DNA from: Octopus sinensis
Lineage: Eukaryota
Assembly (NCBI RefSeq): GCF_006345805.1
Contig: NC_043009.1
Location: forward strand, 12,896,001 to 12,960,000
Direction: 5' to 3'
DNA length: 64,000 nt
The translations under genes were made by a program, and so were the position numbers. Shown here in pieces: positions 38,664 through 52,599 of this stretch (the first letter of the stretch is position 1; every line of letters starts with the position of its first letter). Below the pieces are notes generated by a model. The model made no database searches. It saw only the letters and a list, made by a program, of their open reading frames with translations, and was not told the origin of the DNA.

Positions 38664-38799
38664 GTATTTGTGAGGGAGACTGACTTCTCGTCGACAACTA
38701 TGATTGTCACACGCCGATGATAGGTCAATACCTTGAAACTCGAGTCCGCGTGTGTATCATAAGTTGAAGACGGGAAGGATGACTTCCCTTCACAAATAC
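38664..38799 (+). ncRNA. Hammerhead motif at the apex of a long imperfect hairpin
   Basis: cacacg-CCGATGA-tagg(tcaata)cctt-GAAA-ctcgag-TC-cgcgtgtg. The flanks gtatttgtgaggga..cttctcgtc..caactatgat pair with atcataagttg..gacgggaag..tcccttcacaaatac. Confidence 0.65.
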
Positions 38800-38933
38800 T
38801 GATAGGGCACAGAAAGTGTGTCTATAGCCAGCTGGAGGAGGTGTCTTCTGGGCTACAAACTACAGTAGCATCCACCCTTAGGGGTTAGCCATATTCAAAT
38901 GGCAAATATACGTCACTATATATAATATATATA

Positions 38934-38971
<38 letters not shown>

Positions 38972-41202
38972 AGTGTTAAAGCAATATTTGATAGCATAAA
39001 TAATATCATATCCTTTTTATTCCTAAAATCTTTCCACAGTTTTTTTACCTTCGATGATACATGGGGCATTACTAAAATATTTACATCCCGCATTATGAAC
39101 CAAATTTTCAGTGACGAAATTGTTCAAAGTTGCAAATGGCGATAAGTAAACATGACACTCGTATCGAATTCACCAATCATATTCATTATAGTTCAATTCA
39201 TAACCAGATTTTATCTCCTAAATATCCTTTCATACCATCTCCTGCAGTAGAAACTAATTTACGATAGATCTCAAACAATATATACGTTATATAACCAACA
39301 CATATTCCACATTATATACAGCAGTAACATGCGTTCGTGCGTCTTGTGCTTGCAATGTGTCGTGTGATTATATACAATAATTCTATTATGCAAGATGTAA
39401 TATTCCATATAATTCTATGAAATGTGTTGAAGGGTTAATGCCTGGATTATAGTTGAAAATGATTTTATTATACACTAGTATGTTATACAATGTTATTGGA
39501 CAATATATATAATTATTTTTATGTGTTACAGTTATATATAATGTGGGATTGATTTGTTATCGTATACCCTATACGTTGTTATGTGGCATCTCATCAGATG
39601 GCTTATTGCTAGTTGAAATAATTTGAAAGGTACTATGTTAACACCATTTAGGACATTAGGTCTGGTAAAACATTCAGTTATAGTACATGTGACTGGACTT
39701 TTTGAAACGAGTGTCGAATTCACTTATCACCATAGCACTTTAAACATTTTGGTTACCGAATATTTGTTTCGTAATATAGGATGTAAATATTTTAGGAATG
39801 CGTTGCATGTCATGGAAAAGAAAGAAACAGTTAATTATACTGTCAGAAGTTTTAGGGGGAAAATGCACTTAGTTATTTTAAGTGTGACTCAAATTGGAAA
39901 TGAAACCGGAAGCGGTTGTTTAAACGTCCTAGGTAAATCTGACGTTTGGTAAATATAAGTTCAATGTTTCCGCTAGTAATTTAGTAAGGCGAGAGCGATG
40001 TAAATATGCAGCCTTTTAGGATGCTGATGGTATTTAACTTTTGCTTTCTGGTTGGACCAAAAAATACTATTTGAAATAAGTAGTACGGTAATATGGTGAC
40101 TGAATCACCTAGTTGTGTGAGGAAGTACAATTTAGAGAATGATTGACACCTTCATATAAACAAGATCTTGCTGAAAATCAGGGACATAGAAAGATAAATA
40201 AATACAAGCTATAAAGAATAATCAATTTCTAATATTGCATTCACACCTCTTATTATTGAACATAGTCAGCGGTTCTAGGATAGTTCTTTGCAGTTTGCTT
40301 TCGTAATTATATTTCATAATATTAATAACATCGCCTGTATTTTTCTTTACCCAAATCAATTATCGATCTGTCAATGCAAATGTCCCATTAATAACACTGG
40401 GTTTATGATGATACACGGTTCCCAAATGGAGAATCGGAAGTGTAGATGAGATAGCTAACGGGCATCAAGAAAAAATAGGAAAGCGAATAGAAAAATAAAC
40501 TGAAGTGACTGGAAGGTATTTTCATGCACACAACGACTGAGCTATTTTTTTTTTAAGACCGGAAGGGAAATACACTTTAATCTATATGCAGCTCTTTTAC
40601 CTCGATAATAGATTTCTGAAGGTATAATTTTGTTATCAAACGTCAACTCTCTGCCGTACATCTCAGAATTTAAATTTCGCTTTTTACTGAAAATAATGGT
40701 CATGTTTTCTGCATATCAGCATATACAAAATCCTCAGAAACATCATTTAACTCTGTCATATAGTGTTTAAAAAATGTTTAAATCATTTTAAACATCTGAA
40801 CAAGAAAATAACAGTTTTATATGTGGTGTTCTAGACGAACTACGATCACATAGGTGATCCAAGATTAGGTGATTCAAGGAAACTTTCCTTCTTGGACATA
40901 AGTATAGTGGACACGCATTAAATGAATATGTCCTATAATTCACCAGATTGTAATGTCGTAGCTGAATGGCTTTCCAGGAGCAAAGTATCGTAGAGTATCC
41001 GATCATCATCCTGCTCGACTCACGTAAAAACTATAAAAAAAAAAAACACTTTAGTGATGTGTACAATATTTGAAGCTGTTTTAATTGGTTTGTTGATGCT
41101 TACATATTTTGTCTATGAACACAATCCTTCTTAGAAATATACACAACTTTGCAAGTTCTCCTACCTCTTCTCTCAATCTCTCTCTTTGACAAATAATTTT
41201 CT

Positions 41203-41648
41203 TATTTCTTTATTGCCCAGAAGAGGCTAAACATAGAGGAGACAAACAAGAACAGACAAACGGCAGACGAAATGCTTAGCGGTATTTCGTCTGCCGTTAC
41301 GTTCTGAGTTCAAATTCCGCTGAGGTCGACTTTGCCTTTCATCCTTTCGGGGTCGATAAATTAAGTACGAGTTACGCACTGGGGTCGATGTAATCGACTT
41401 AATCCATTTGTCTGTCCTTGTTTGTCCCCTCTGTGTTTAGGCCCTTGTGGGTAGTAAAGAAATAGGTATTTCGTCTGCCGTTACGTTCTGAGTCCAAATT
41501 CTGCCGAGGTCGACTTTGCCTTTCATCCTTTCGGGGTCGATTAAGCAAGTACCAGTTACGCACTGGGGTCGATGTAATCGACTTAATCCGTTTTTCTGTC
41601 CTTGTTTGTCCAAATTGTGTTTAGCCCCTTGAGGGTAGTAAAGAAATA
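41203..41648 (+). mobile_element. SINE family D dimer with an inverted tail at its 5' end
   Basis: 41203-41262 is the reverse complement of the tail; two head-to-tail units join at ~41465. Confidence 0.85.
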
Positions 41649-42736
41649 AGTATATTCATTGGGACGCTTGTGGTCGTACATGCAACTGGAATACAAATCC
41701 GTCCTTAATTCGGTAAGCACGTATATGTTCGTCTAATGCTGTTTTGTACATGATGGTGATTTCACTGACGCGACATTTGGTGCTTTACTATTTAAGGATA
41801 TGATTCGCGTGAATCTTGAATTTGTATGTATGTATGTATGTAGGTATATATGTATATCCATATATATGTATATATGTATACATATATATATATTTATATG
41901 AATGAGATTTTCATGTCTCATATTTATCGTCTAAATCTCTGATGTAAATTCTTCGACTTCCATTCGTCATAAATATAACAGATTGAAAAATTGTTATTAT
42001 GGCATGAAATAAATACAATGCGTTAAAGTTGACACCCGCCCAAGCCTAGCTACGGCATTATGCGCCAATTCGCTCTGCAAATGGCTTTATATATATATAT
42101 ATATATGCTAGCGTATCATAGTGTATAATATCAATTCTCTACTATACTATAAATCAGGATTCGAGTTTGAAATTCGATTAAAGATTTTAGAATTTATATT
42201 ACGTTCAAAGGATTATTTATGGGTGCATAACCAATAAGACAACCATGCATATTCTTACATACATACACACATATGCATACACACACACACACCACACACA
42301 CACGCACAAACACACACAAACATATATATATATATATATATATGAGAGGTTATGGTATCCAGAAGACCCAAAACTGGTTTTATAAGTGCTCCGGAAGACC
42401 GTAGTTAGACTCCCGGTTCAATAGTAGTATGAGTAAGGAGCCAAATGCGGTTCGTGTACACTACAAGACCCCTTTGAATGGACAGCACATGGAATTAATG
42501 TCTCCACATTATCCATCTATGATAACAAAATACGGACTCCTCTCTGAATATTCCACCATGGGCAACAAACCTTTCCACCCATTCTACACAGGACATACCT
42601 TGGATAATGAAACTGCAACGGTAACATCCAACACATATTTATTTTAAGTGTCTTATTTCCATGTATACTTCGTATATCTCTCTCTTTCCAAAATAACTTT
42701 TTATACTGAATTCTGCGATTTCCCTCTACTTAACTC

Positions 42737-42784
42737 GTCGCTGATGGAGAGAGAACCCTCATATTCCTGAAACAGCCGTAAGAC
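42737..42784 (+). ncRNA. Decayed hammerhead near the 3' end of an ORF-less element (~42343-42850)
   Basis: gtcg-CTGATGG-...-GAAA-cagccg-TA-agac. Confidence 0.5.
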
Positions 42785-42910
42785 TACCTTTCTCTTTATA
42801 AATATCCTAGGAATTTCGCACTGACTTGGCTTTGTTGACTCCTTTTATTTCACACGTGCGCACGCGCACACACATTCGATTGTTTAAGAGGACAACACAC
42901 ATTCGATTGT

Positions 42911-43076
42911 TTAAGAGGACAACAAACGTTAAGGCAAGGCAAACATCTCAAGTCTTATACATTATTATTATTGGAAAAAAATCAGTCTTACATCTGTTTA
43001 TTTGAATGTTTTCCAATAACAATAATGTATATGACTTGAGATGTTTACGTTGCCTTCATGTGTGTTGTCGTCTTTA
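42911..43076. repeat. Imperfect fold-back (~68-bp arms)
   Basis: aaggcaaggcaaacatctcaagtcttatacattatt is mirrored by aataatgtatatgacttgagatgtttacgttgcctt. The spacer's reverse strand reads aaacagatgtaagac, like the hammerhead 3' half at 42770. Confidence 0.75.
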
Positions 43077-43303
43077 ATAATTATGTATCCGCCATATCGG
43101 AAACCTGCAATGGCTCCATAACTACCGTTTCGGCTATAACCTTGGGGCCCTGGTAATCCGTTACAGCACTTACCTAGCGTACCAATTCGTTCAGATCACC
43201 TGCGCACTAAACCCTCCTACTTTGTTTGAATATATATATGTGTATATATATATATATATATATACATATATATATACATACACACACACATATATATATA
43301 TGT

Positions 43304-43611
43304 GGAGGCGCAGTGGCCCAGTGGTTAGGGCAGCGGACTCGTGGTCGTAGGATCGCGGTTTCAATTCCCAGACCGGGCTTTGTGAGTGTTTATTGAGCGA
43401 AAACACCTAAATCTCCACGAGGCTCCGGCAGAGGTTGGTGGCGATCCCTGCTGTACTCCTTCGCCACAACTTTCTCTCACTCTTTCTTCTGTTGGCCTGA
43501 TCGCTTAGCCAGCGTGGTGGCATCATTTGAAGGCTAAAACTATGCGAAGCGCATTGTGACCCGCGATGTGTAGCAACATCTGATAGCCTGGTCGGTCACG
43601 TGATCACGTGA
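43304..43611 (+). mobile_element. SINE family A, tail type a
   Basis: Family A head plus tail tgttggcctg...gtcggtcacgtgatcacgtg. Confidence 0.88.
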
Positions 43612-43625
43612 TATATATATATATT

Positions 43626-43660
43626 CTAGCAATCCACCCAGGCGTTGCCCGGGTATTGTG
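43626..43660 (-). mobile_element. Helitron-like 3' terminus
   Basis: Reverse strand cccgggcaacgcctggg-tggattg-CTAG, the same architecture as 8498-8525. Confidence 0.5.
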
Positions 43661-45232
43661 ACCTACAGCCACATTGTATTATTTATTCCTATCTTAAGAC
43701 TAAAATCGGCACACAAGGAGCATGAAAAGACTCCTTTTTATAGACATGTTTTTCGGTCATTTTCTGATGAAGAACGCTGCAGTTTCCTTCAACCATATTC
43801 AGTCACAAGGCTATGGTAGAAAGCAATTACTCAAGGCATCATATAGAGGGATTGAACGTGGAACCATGTGGTTCGGAAACAAACTTCTGAACCACTCAGT
43901 CATTCTTGTACATAATATGTGTCTGTGTGTGTTTATATTTGTTGTTAAATCGAGTACTGTGTCCTACTATGTCTTAAACTTAGCAGTTCATCAAGCAGAT
44001 ATATGTAAAATAAATGCCAAACTGAGATACGTACTGAGGCCAGTATGATCAATTAAATTTTTGGCGACTGTCATGGCAACAGTCGAAAGGCTAAGTCCAG
44101 GAAAATAATACTTAAAGACTTACTGGCTTCAAATTTAAGGTAATGTGTTACTAACAACAAGATACTGAGTTCAAATCTTCGTATTGAACTTCCACTCTAT
44201 AAGATAATACTATACGTACATCTCAGTCTACTTGGCTTCCAACAATTAACAATTGTAATTAGAAGTTGAATGATTAGCAGTAAGAAAGATGTCCAGATTC
44301 CTTTAAAAAATTATGTGCAAAATATTCTGGGAAAGAGTGTTTTTTCCCCACAGCAAAACACACACACACATACACACACACAGAGACACCCAGACACAGA
44401 CACAGACACACACACAGGTGTGCTTGTGGTAACTTGAGCTACTATAAAGAGCAGCCAAATCTCTCTTAAAACACACTCTTTCATCAAAAGTAGGACATAG
44501 ATTTACTGTATTTCAGGAAGGAAAAACAAGCTATGCGATGGATTTGCTACACCAGAGGCAAATCTGGGCTAGACAAATCCCAGACAGACATACTTCATTT
44601 TAAAAGATTATCTACTACATTATACTAATAAAGTTGACGGTATAGCTTTAGAGTTTCATTCCCCGATAAAACTCCATGTATTTTAAATAATAACCCATCA
44701 TGCTCTAAGATTGTTCTGACAGAGTTGCTTCCCATAGCTATAGACCTCGTCTCCGAGGTTATTTTTGTAGTAAAAAAGAGTTGTGCGAAAAACACTTTAT
44801 TTGGTAGCTGAAAGATTACTGAGTCTTTTAACACTTCATACATCAAAGTCGGCAACTCAGTTTTCGAATCCATATGGAACATACGCACGCAAACACACCC
44901 ACACACACACACATTTTTCATATAACTAAGTTAAGGATATAAATCTTCCTAAAAAATATCTCAGCATACATAGATATACATTCTCAGAGAATAAAATAAG
45001 CAGAGCAAAAGCACACACGAAGACGGACAGTGTTGCTGTGGAGGTCACAAATGTACGGCGAAAGATTTTCCAACAATGGACATGAATTAGAATAAGAACA
45101 GTAACAAACGAGTGAAGAACGAATATATAGTGCGTATGTTTATTTGGCAAAAAAAAAAGAAAAACACACAGTAAGGTAACCTAAAAGAACTGTACATCGA
45201 TATAAAGGACTGGGAAGAAGTAAATTTGGTAA

Positions 45233-45745
45233 GTCATCACCATCATTATTCGACCGTGGTCGAGATAATGGAATTTACTATCGTACGCCAGACTTCACGG
45301 TCTATCATAGCATTACGGAGGTCCTGTTGCTGGATGCCTATATCCCTGGAGATTACATCAGGGTAGGAGAGTGTGCGCCCTCTGGTATCGCGAGTAGATG
45401 GCTTCCAGGAGAGAAGAGTAGAAACTGCCTCGTTTTCAGCTCTACAACAATGTACAGCAAACTGGACTCTTCTACAAGAGATGATACAGGTGGTAATTTC
45501 CCATATATTTGTACTTTGGTTGGATGCCGTTTCCACGAGAGATTTTGAGCTCTCATAAGGAGGCGAGTGTAAGTTCCATCCAACCGCCTCTCAAGCTTCT
45601 TTGATAACGTCCAGGTTTCTGAGCCAAATAGTAGAATTGGTTCGACTGTGGCTTTGAAGATTTCAAGTTTGAAATCTTTACTTAGATTTGATGACCAGGT
45701 CTTATGCATATCATTACAGGCTGACCAGGCCATAACCTTTCTAGT
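45233..45745 (-). mobile_element. RTE-X-like LINE 3' fragment
   Basis: AWSACNDMHKTWSSNL..IFKATVEPILLFGSETWTL..RLDGTYTRLLMRAQN and AMIDREVWR, with a (TGA)n tail. Confidence 0.82.
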
Positions 45746-46523
45746 TAAAAAGTACTAAGTGAAGGAAGTGTACAAAGTGTACAAAGGAAGGTCGTAAAAA
45801 TTTTGAAGACGGTTACCTTGAGCATGTAAGCCTAACTCCTGAGGGAATGCGAGTTGGGGGTGCAGAACGTGTGACCGCGTTGTCCTTTCCAAAGCCGGCT
45901 GTCTAAAGGTCTAAAGGCCCATGAAATATCAAGCGTGTGCCGCGTCCTTCCTCCTAGATCGCGTGATTCAACGTATTCAACAGCTTCACTCGGAGATTAT
46001 TATCATGATTAAAAGTTTATCCAGTTATGACAAATACATCTTTTTGCAGAAGTAGAAAATCTAAAACTAGCTGTTGCTGATCCTGTAATGGTCCTATGAT
46101 TTATGAGTTCAAATTCTACATTTCGACTTTGTGATTGTCAGTAATAAAGTAGAATATATTTAAAGTAGGAAACATTTCCTTAATATTTAGTCTTTAGTCA
46201 CCCAAATTAATCAATATCTGTTTTTAAGACTTTCCCTACAATACTATCTTATATGTCTAGTAATTATTCATCATCTAGACAGTTGATGCTTTATAAGACA
46301 TGATACATTAGAATTGCTAAAGGGTTCGAAAAAGAAAGAAAATGAAACACAATAAAATGAGTTAAATTCTTTGATGTCATTAATTTTCCAATGAAATATA
46401 GGATTCCTGAGGTCATTCGTGTCATCAATTAGAGAAATTATATCCCATTGGATCGAATTTCCCTAGCTTACATGAACAATATACTGGTATTCTATGAAAG
46501 TTCTCAAATATGAATATCTAAAA

Positions 46524-46611
<88 letters not shown>

Positions 46612-46653
46612 GCCTGTCAGCCTATCTAATATGTATATGTAAATATATATATA

Positions 46654-46696
<43 letters not shown>

Positions 46697-46734
46697 GTGT
46701 GAGTGTGTGTATGTGCGTGTGTGTGTTTGTGTGT

Positions 46735-47040
46735 GGAGGCGCAATGGCCCAGCGGTTAGGGCAGCGGATCGTGGTTGTAGGATCGCGGTTTCTATTCCCA
46801 GACCGGGCGTTGTGAGTGTTTATTGAGCGAAAACACCTAAAGCTCCACAATGCTTCGGCAGGGGGTGGTGGCGATCCCTGCGGTGCACTTTCACCACGAC
46901 TTTCTCCCACTCTTTCTTCTGTTGGCCTGCTCGCTTAGCCAGCGGGGTGGCGTCATTTGAAGGCTAAAACAATGCGAAGAGCATTGTGACCAGCGATGTG
47001 TAGCAACATCTGATAGCCTAGTCGGTCACGGTGATCACGG
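46735..47040 (+). mobile_element. SINE family A, tail type a
   Basis: Matches 43304. Confidence 0.88.
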
Positions 47041-47502
47041 CGATATGTATATATATATATAAATAAATAAATAAATATATATATATATATATATATACAT
47101 ATATATACACGTGTTTATAAGTTTATATGCATATGTATACATATATAAATGCATATATATGTATTTACACACACACACACACACGCACACACACACACAC
47201 ATATATATAAGATTGAGACGAAGAATGAATTTATTTGCCACAACTTCAATCTTTATTTCAATAGTTTCTGTACCCAAACATTTCTGACCACATTCATGCA
47301 AATGATTTCGCGTGAAAGATCACGGATACGCGTGGTTGAATATGCCGGAGTAGTTCTTCATCAGGCATGCAATTATGTCTTACCTCCTCGAATGATGTGC
47401 AGGATATATTCAGTTGACGTTGTTTATAAAGCAGGAAGGAAGAACACTACGGCCATCAATAATTATGTAAAAGGATGAAAAAGTAACAACAACAACGACG
47501 GT

Positions 47503-47982
47503 GGAGGCGCAATGGCCCAGTGGTTAGTGCAGCGGAATCGCGATCGTAAGAATGCGGTTTCGATTCCCAGACCGGGCATTGTGAGTGTTTATTGAGCAAA
47601 AACACCTAGGCTCCAGTGGCGGGTGGTGGAGAACCCCGCCGTATTCTTTCTCTCATAACTTTCTCTCACTCTTTCTTCCTACTTCTGCCACAAAGCAGAG
47701 TAACCATGGTGTAACCCACTATGGTGTGGTAAACTTTCAGGCTCTAGTCTAGACTGCAAATCCCCTGTACCCTAGGATGGTTCAGCTCTCCACCCGTTAA
47801 AAAGCCACCGGTTACGGAATGAGGATGACAACGTAGCTTTCGCGCTTGTGCAACCGCCAGTCTATCGCGTGTGGTGGGTGGATCTTCAAGATGCCACACG
47901 CATTCTTAGTAGCTTAGAGTAGGATCGAATTAGAGATTATTCCTTGTGGCTAATGGCGTGAGTTCTGGTTGGAAGGAGTAAA
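47503..47982 (+). mobile_element. SINE family A head with a unique ~300-bp tail (type e), in an (AAC)n site
   Basis: Family A head and body to ~47680, then a GC-richer tail; aacaacaacaacgac lies on both sides. Confidence 0.7.
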
Positions 47983-48026
47983 ACAACAACAACAACGACA
48001 ACGCCAACGATTATAACAATAGAAAC

Positions 48027-48063
<37 letters not shown>

Positions 48064-48067
48064 TATA

Positions 48068-48200
48068 TTTATTTACTGCCCACAAGGGGCTAAACAAAGA
48101 GGGGACAGACAAGGACAGACAAAGGGATTAAGTCGATTATATCGACCCCAGTGGGAAACTGGTACTTTATTTATCGACCCCGAAAGGATGAAAAGTAAAG
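48068..48200 (-). mobile_element. SINE family D, 3' half
   Basis: Matches the tail of 9739. Confidence 0.8.
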
Positions 48201-48589
48201 TAATAATAGCAATAGTAAAGGTAGAAGAGGTATTGATAAGATGCTAAACGGTAGTAAGACACAAAATGATGGTGAGAAGAGGAAATACCAATTACCACAC
48301 GAAGAACAAGCAACAACAACCAATACCTCAACAAGCAACAACAAAAACGACAACAACAATAACAGTAATTTCTTTTAATATTTTTTAGAATAATAATAAT
48401 AATAAAAATAAATTAAAGATGAGGATAGAAATTAAGAAAAGAATAAGATTAAAAATAGAAGTAATTAAAAGTAAGAAATAAAACTAATTATAAAAGTAAG
48501 AATTAAAAATAATTATAAAAATAAAAAACAACAACATAGTAATGATAATAATAACCAAACCAGTATGCATAGAGTTTACTAGAAATACA

Positions 48590-48965
48590 AAGGCTGGTAG
48601 GAACGTTAACACGCCGGGCGAAATGATTAGCGCTATTTCGTCTGTCGTTACGTTGTGAGTTCAAATTCCGCCGAGGTCGACTTTGCCTTTCATCCTTTCG
48701 GGATCGATTAAATAAATACCAGTTACGCACTGGGGTCAATTTAATCGACTTAATCCGTTTGTCTGTCCTTGTTTGTCCTCTCTGTGTTTGGCCCCTTGTG
48801 GATATTAATGAAATTGCTATTTCGTCTGTCTTTACGTTCTGAGTTCAAATTAGGCCGAGGTCGACGTTGCCTTTTATTACTTCGGGGTCGATAAATTAAG
48901 TACTAGTTGCATAATCGACTGACCCCCTCCCCAACAATTTCGGGTCTTGTGCCTAGAGCAGAAAA
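48590..48965 (+). mobile_element. SINE family D dimer
   Basis: Two units join at ~48815. Confidence 0.82.
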
Positions 48966-49491
48966 GAACACAAGTAACATTGATAATAACAGCAGCAATA
49001 AAAACTTCAACCCCTACCATCACATCAATGAAAATAAGAATGAAAAAAAAAATAATAAAATCATTAAGAAACTACCACTATTAATTAGAATAGCAATGAT
49101 AATGATGATGAAGGCTAAAACAGTGGTAAGTATGGTGCTGAGAAAAAGAATAAAGAAACCTTAGGATGATAATACGGTGAGCTAATATATTCAGATGTGG
49201 TATGTATAAGTACAAAAGTTACTGGTAATAAATTTCTAAGATAAGTCCTAGAAGTATGTAGTGGTGATACTGATAAAACTGGGATAAACGATTTGCTTGT
49301 GCGTTAGGTAGTCCACTAAAGCTGGTGAAAGTCGACTCACACAGAGTAGACAGGCACATCAAAAAATATCAGTCCTCGACCTCGATTGTTGAGGAAGGAG
49401 GAAAATGAATTAAAAGATAGAAAAAAATGTAAAAAATTTTGAAAGGAAAATATACCCAGAATTCCACGTAACGAATGGATTAATAAAGTAA

Positions 49492-49798
49492 TTGTTGTTG
49501 TCTGTTCCTTCTCGTGCCACGCATAGCTCATAGGGCTGGTTTCCCGGTTTCCATGGCGTATAGGTTCCTTCACCTGTACGGGACGCCGGTCCATCGCAGG
49601 TGAGCTTCAAGATGCAGGAGGAAAGAGTGAGAGAAAGTTGTGGCGAAAGAGTCAGCAGAAGTTCGCCATTACCTTCTGCCGAAGTCACGTGGAGCTTAGG
49701 TGTTTCGCTCATAAACACATACATCGCTCGGTCTGAGATTCGAACCCGCGATCCCTCGACTGCGAGTCTGCTGCTCTAACCACTAGGCCATGTGCCTA
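49492..49798 (-). mobile_element. SINE family A-related subfamily, tail type b variant
   Basis: Reverse strand ggcacatggcctagtggttagagc...gggttcgaatctc...cctgcgatggaccggcgtcccg...(caa)n. Confidence 0.85.
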
Positions 49799-50240
49799 CA
49801 CAATAAAGGAAATAGTCCCTCTAAGTTGGGCATTGGTAGACTTAACCAAAAAGCTCTTGGTAAGATTCTGTCTTGGTTGAGATGTATACTTTTCTGTTCT
49901 AGGCACAAGACCCGAAATCTTTGGAGAGGGGGCCCCGAAAGAATGAAAAGCAAAGTTGACCTCGACGGAATTTGAATTCAGAACGTAAATTTGATTGAAA
50001 TGTATAGGGGAACTCGAACTCTAGTCAGGCTAGTGAGCTTTCCCCAGACTGAATATGGAAAAAAAAAATAAAAAGGAAAACAAGAAACGTATTTTAGTAA
50101 CAATAGAAACCTCCGTAATTGCTGAAACAATGCTGGAGTCAACGGTCGAAAGTTCAAACCCGGCAACAATGTTGCCATGAATTAAATATACAACACATTG
50201 CTCGTGCTTACGATGAAATGGCAGTTGTATAAGCGGATAA

Positions 50241-50650
50241 CGGATCTTTTCGGTTTGAACGGCAGTTTTTTCTAGCGGTGTCATATGAAATTGTCACCCA
50301 CAATTATGACCCTAGTATCGATCTATTGCATTTCAATCTATTTTAGTGTTACAGGTGGGGAGAAGGTTATCTTTTTCTCTTCACAAATGATTTACAATAT
50401 GTTTCTTAAAGGAGGGACATATTCATACGGCACAGAATGTTTTTTTTACCAAAATAGACGTCAGTGATTGGTTGAAATTGCAGAACTTGAAGAAAAAAAC
50501 AACAAATATCTTACAAACTATAGAATTTTCTCAATAAAGTCAAGAGAAAAAAGATGTTTTATGAACACATTCTACCAGTATACGAAGTTTAAAATTTTTT
50601 AGTTACCTAGAAATTATGTTAAAAACTGGCGTTCAAACCGAAAAGATCCC
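50241..50650. mobile_element. MITE, probably PIF/Harbinger-type
   Basis: 29-bp TIRs ggatcttttcggtttgaacggcagttttt / aaaaactggcgttcaaaccgaaaagatcc; flanks taa/gaa give an imperfect 3-bp TSD. Confidence 0.8.
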
Positions 50651-50959
50651 GAATAACTGTTATTCGAGATCAACCACAAAGCTCCAGAAAGATCGATAGA
50701 AAACACAAAACTACCTTCATTTCTGTGTAGAACAGATGTATATATATGTACACTCGTACGATCGTGCGCACACGCACAAAGACAGGCACACGTGTACGCA
50801 TAGATACGCACATATTGCAACAACATTATTCCTGTTGAAGAACAAAGCGAAATGAAAAAATATCAAAGTAGTAGAGAGATGAAACGGTATAGAGAAGATC
50901 TTTATGGCCAATGTTTGATGTAAATGACAGAATTTGAAAATGTGACACTTCCCCAAGTA

Positions 50960-51160
50960 CAGTGGAATTTTAGCACAAGGCCAGCGAGTTAAGGAGAGGG
51001 AGTAAGACATTTACATCGACTCCAGTACTCGATTGGTGCTTGTTTTGTCGACACCGAAAGGGTGAAAAGCAAAGTCGGCATTTGAAATCAGAAGGTAAAG
51101 AAGGACGAAATGTTGCTAAGCATTTTGTTCGGCTACTACCGATTCTGCAAACTTGCCTTA
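50960..51160 (-). mobile_element. SINE family D, old copy
   Basis: ccgaaagggtgaaaagcaaagtcg...gattctgcaaacttgcctt. Confidence 0.65.
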
Positions 51161-52132
51161 TTGGAGCTATCATTAATAATACAATGCTGATATGCTATGA
51201 ATATATATCTATATTGATTCAAAATCAAATGTATAATTAATACTAAAAATAATTACTAGCGACGGAAGCAGTATAAATACCAGAAGGCGATCATTATTGA
51301 TCGTGGCTGTTTTGTTAGAACGCCAAATACAGCGGTATTCGGCTTGAGAGGGCGTCTCATATAGACTCATGGTGCGTGCATGAAATCAGAAATATCTATC
51401 GTTAGCAGACGGATATCATCTGTTATGAGCACCAGAACTACCAATTTAAATGAAACCAACGTGCTGCTTATCTTCTGTGACAAGTATCCGCTCGCCGCAT
51501 CCAAATCAAATCACTCTGTGGTTCTGTACACCGTTGGCAATGGTTTTATGATAAACTTCTCCTTTCCCAATAGTATTGGAGACTCTATAAAGGGTCATGC
51601 ACACCGTCTTTCCTTTTTTCAGAGATTAAAACTAACGAAACATCAAGGCTGTATTTATTACATTACAATAATGAATAATATTCAATAATGCAATGTTACA
51701 ATGCATTATATTGTTACTATGAGGAATCTCCATAGAACAATGATGTTATAATGCCGTATAAGGGCTATTCACTTGATCACATGAGCTTGCTATTATGCAC
51801 GTCACAAGATAATAGTAATCGATATTTCGAGCCAAAATAATAATCCTCTAAGTGACCGCTCTAAAAATATCAACCTCCTAAAAATATCAACTCAATCTCT
51901 CGCACGCTACATCATAACAACTCTATATAAGTAAAGAAACACACGTTAGACAATGTGATCCTACATATCCATAGAGTGATGGAATACTCAAAGTCAGTAT
52001 GTCTTTTGAACACAGGCCGGAACCTTTGCTTCGTTAGAGTTTACTTGGGATTAAATTACAAGAACTATACCGTATTTGATACTACATAGATAATAAATGA
52101 CTCACAAGACTTTTTCATACAGCACTAATGGT

Positions 52133-52184
<52 letters not shown>

Positions 52185-52303
52185 ATATATATATTTATAC
52201 ATAGATATGTATATATATAAATGGATGAATGAATTATCCTTTGTTTACCGTTAACATGGAAAATTCAATAAACTGTTACCAGGGTAGCAAAATTCACTCA
52301 GGT

Positions 52304-52352
52304 AACACGGATGAAGCGACCTATTCAAAGGTAGAAACTCTGGGTTAATGTC
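52304..52352 (+). ncRNA. Possible decayed hammerhead in a TA-flanked element
   Basis: aca-CGGATGA-agcgacct(attcaa)aggta-GAAA-ctctggg-TT-aatgt, with several core and stem mismatches. Confidence 0.35.
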
Positions 52353-52400
52353 GAAAGTAAAAGAATTTTAATAACGTCTTCGTTCAACTCCATTTATTTA

Positions 52401-52461
<61 letters not shown>

Positions 52462-52469
52462 TATATACT

Positions 52470-52508
<39 letters not shown>

Positions 52509-52599
52509 ATCTTTATGTATATATATGTATGTATGTATATATATATATATCATGGAGAAATTATACAAAATGTATAAATAAATGATGAGTAAATGCCGG

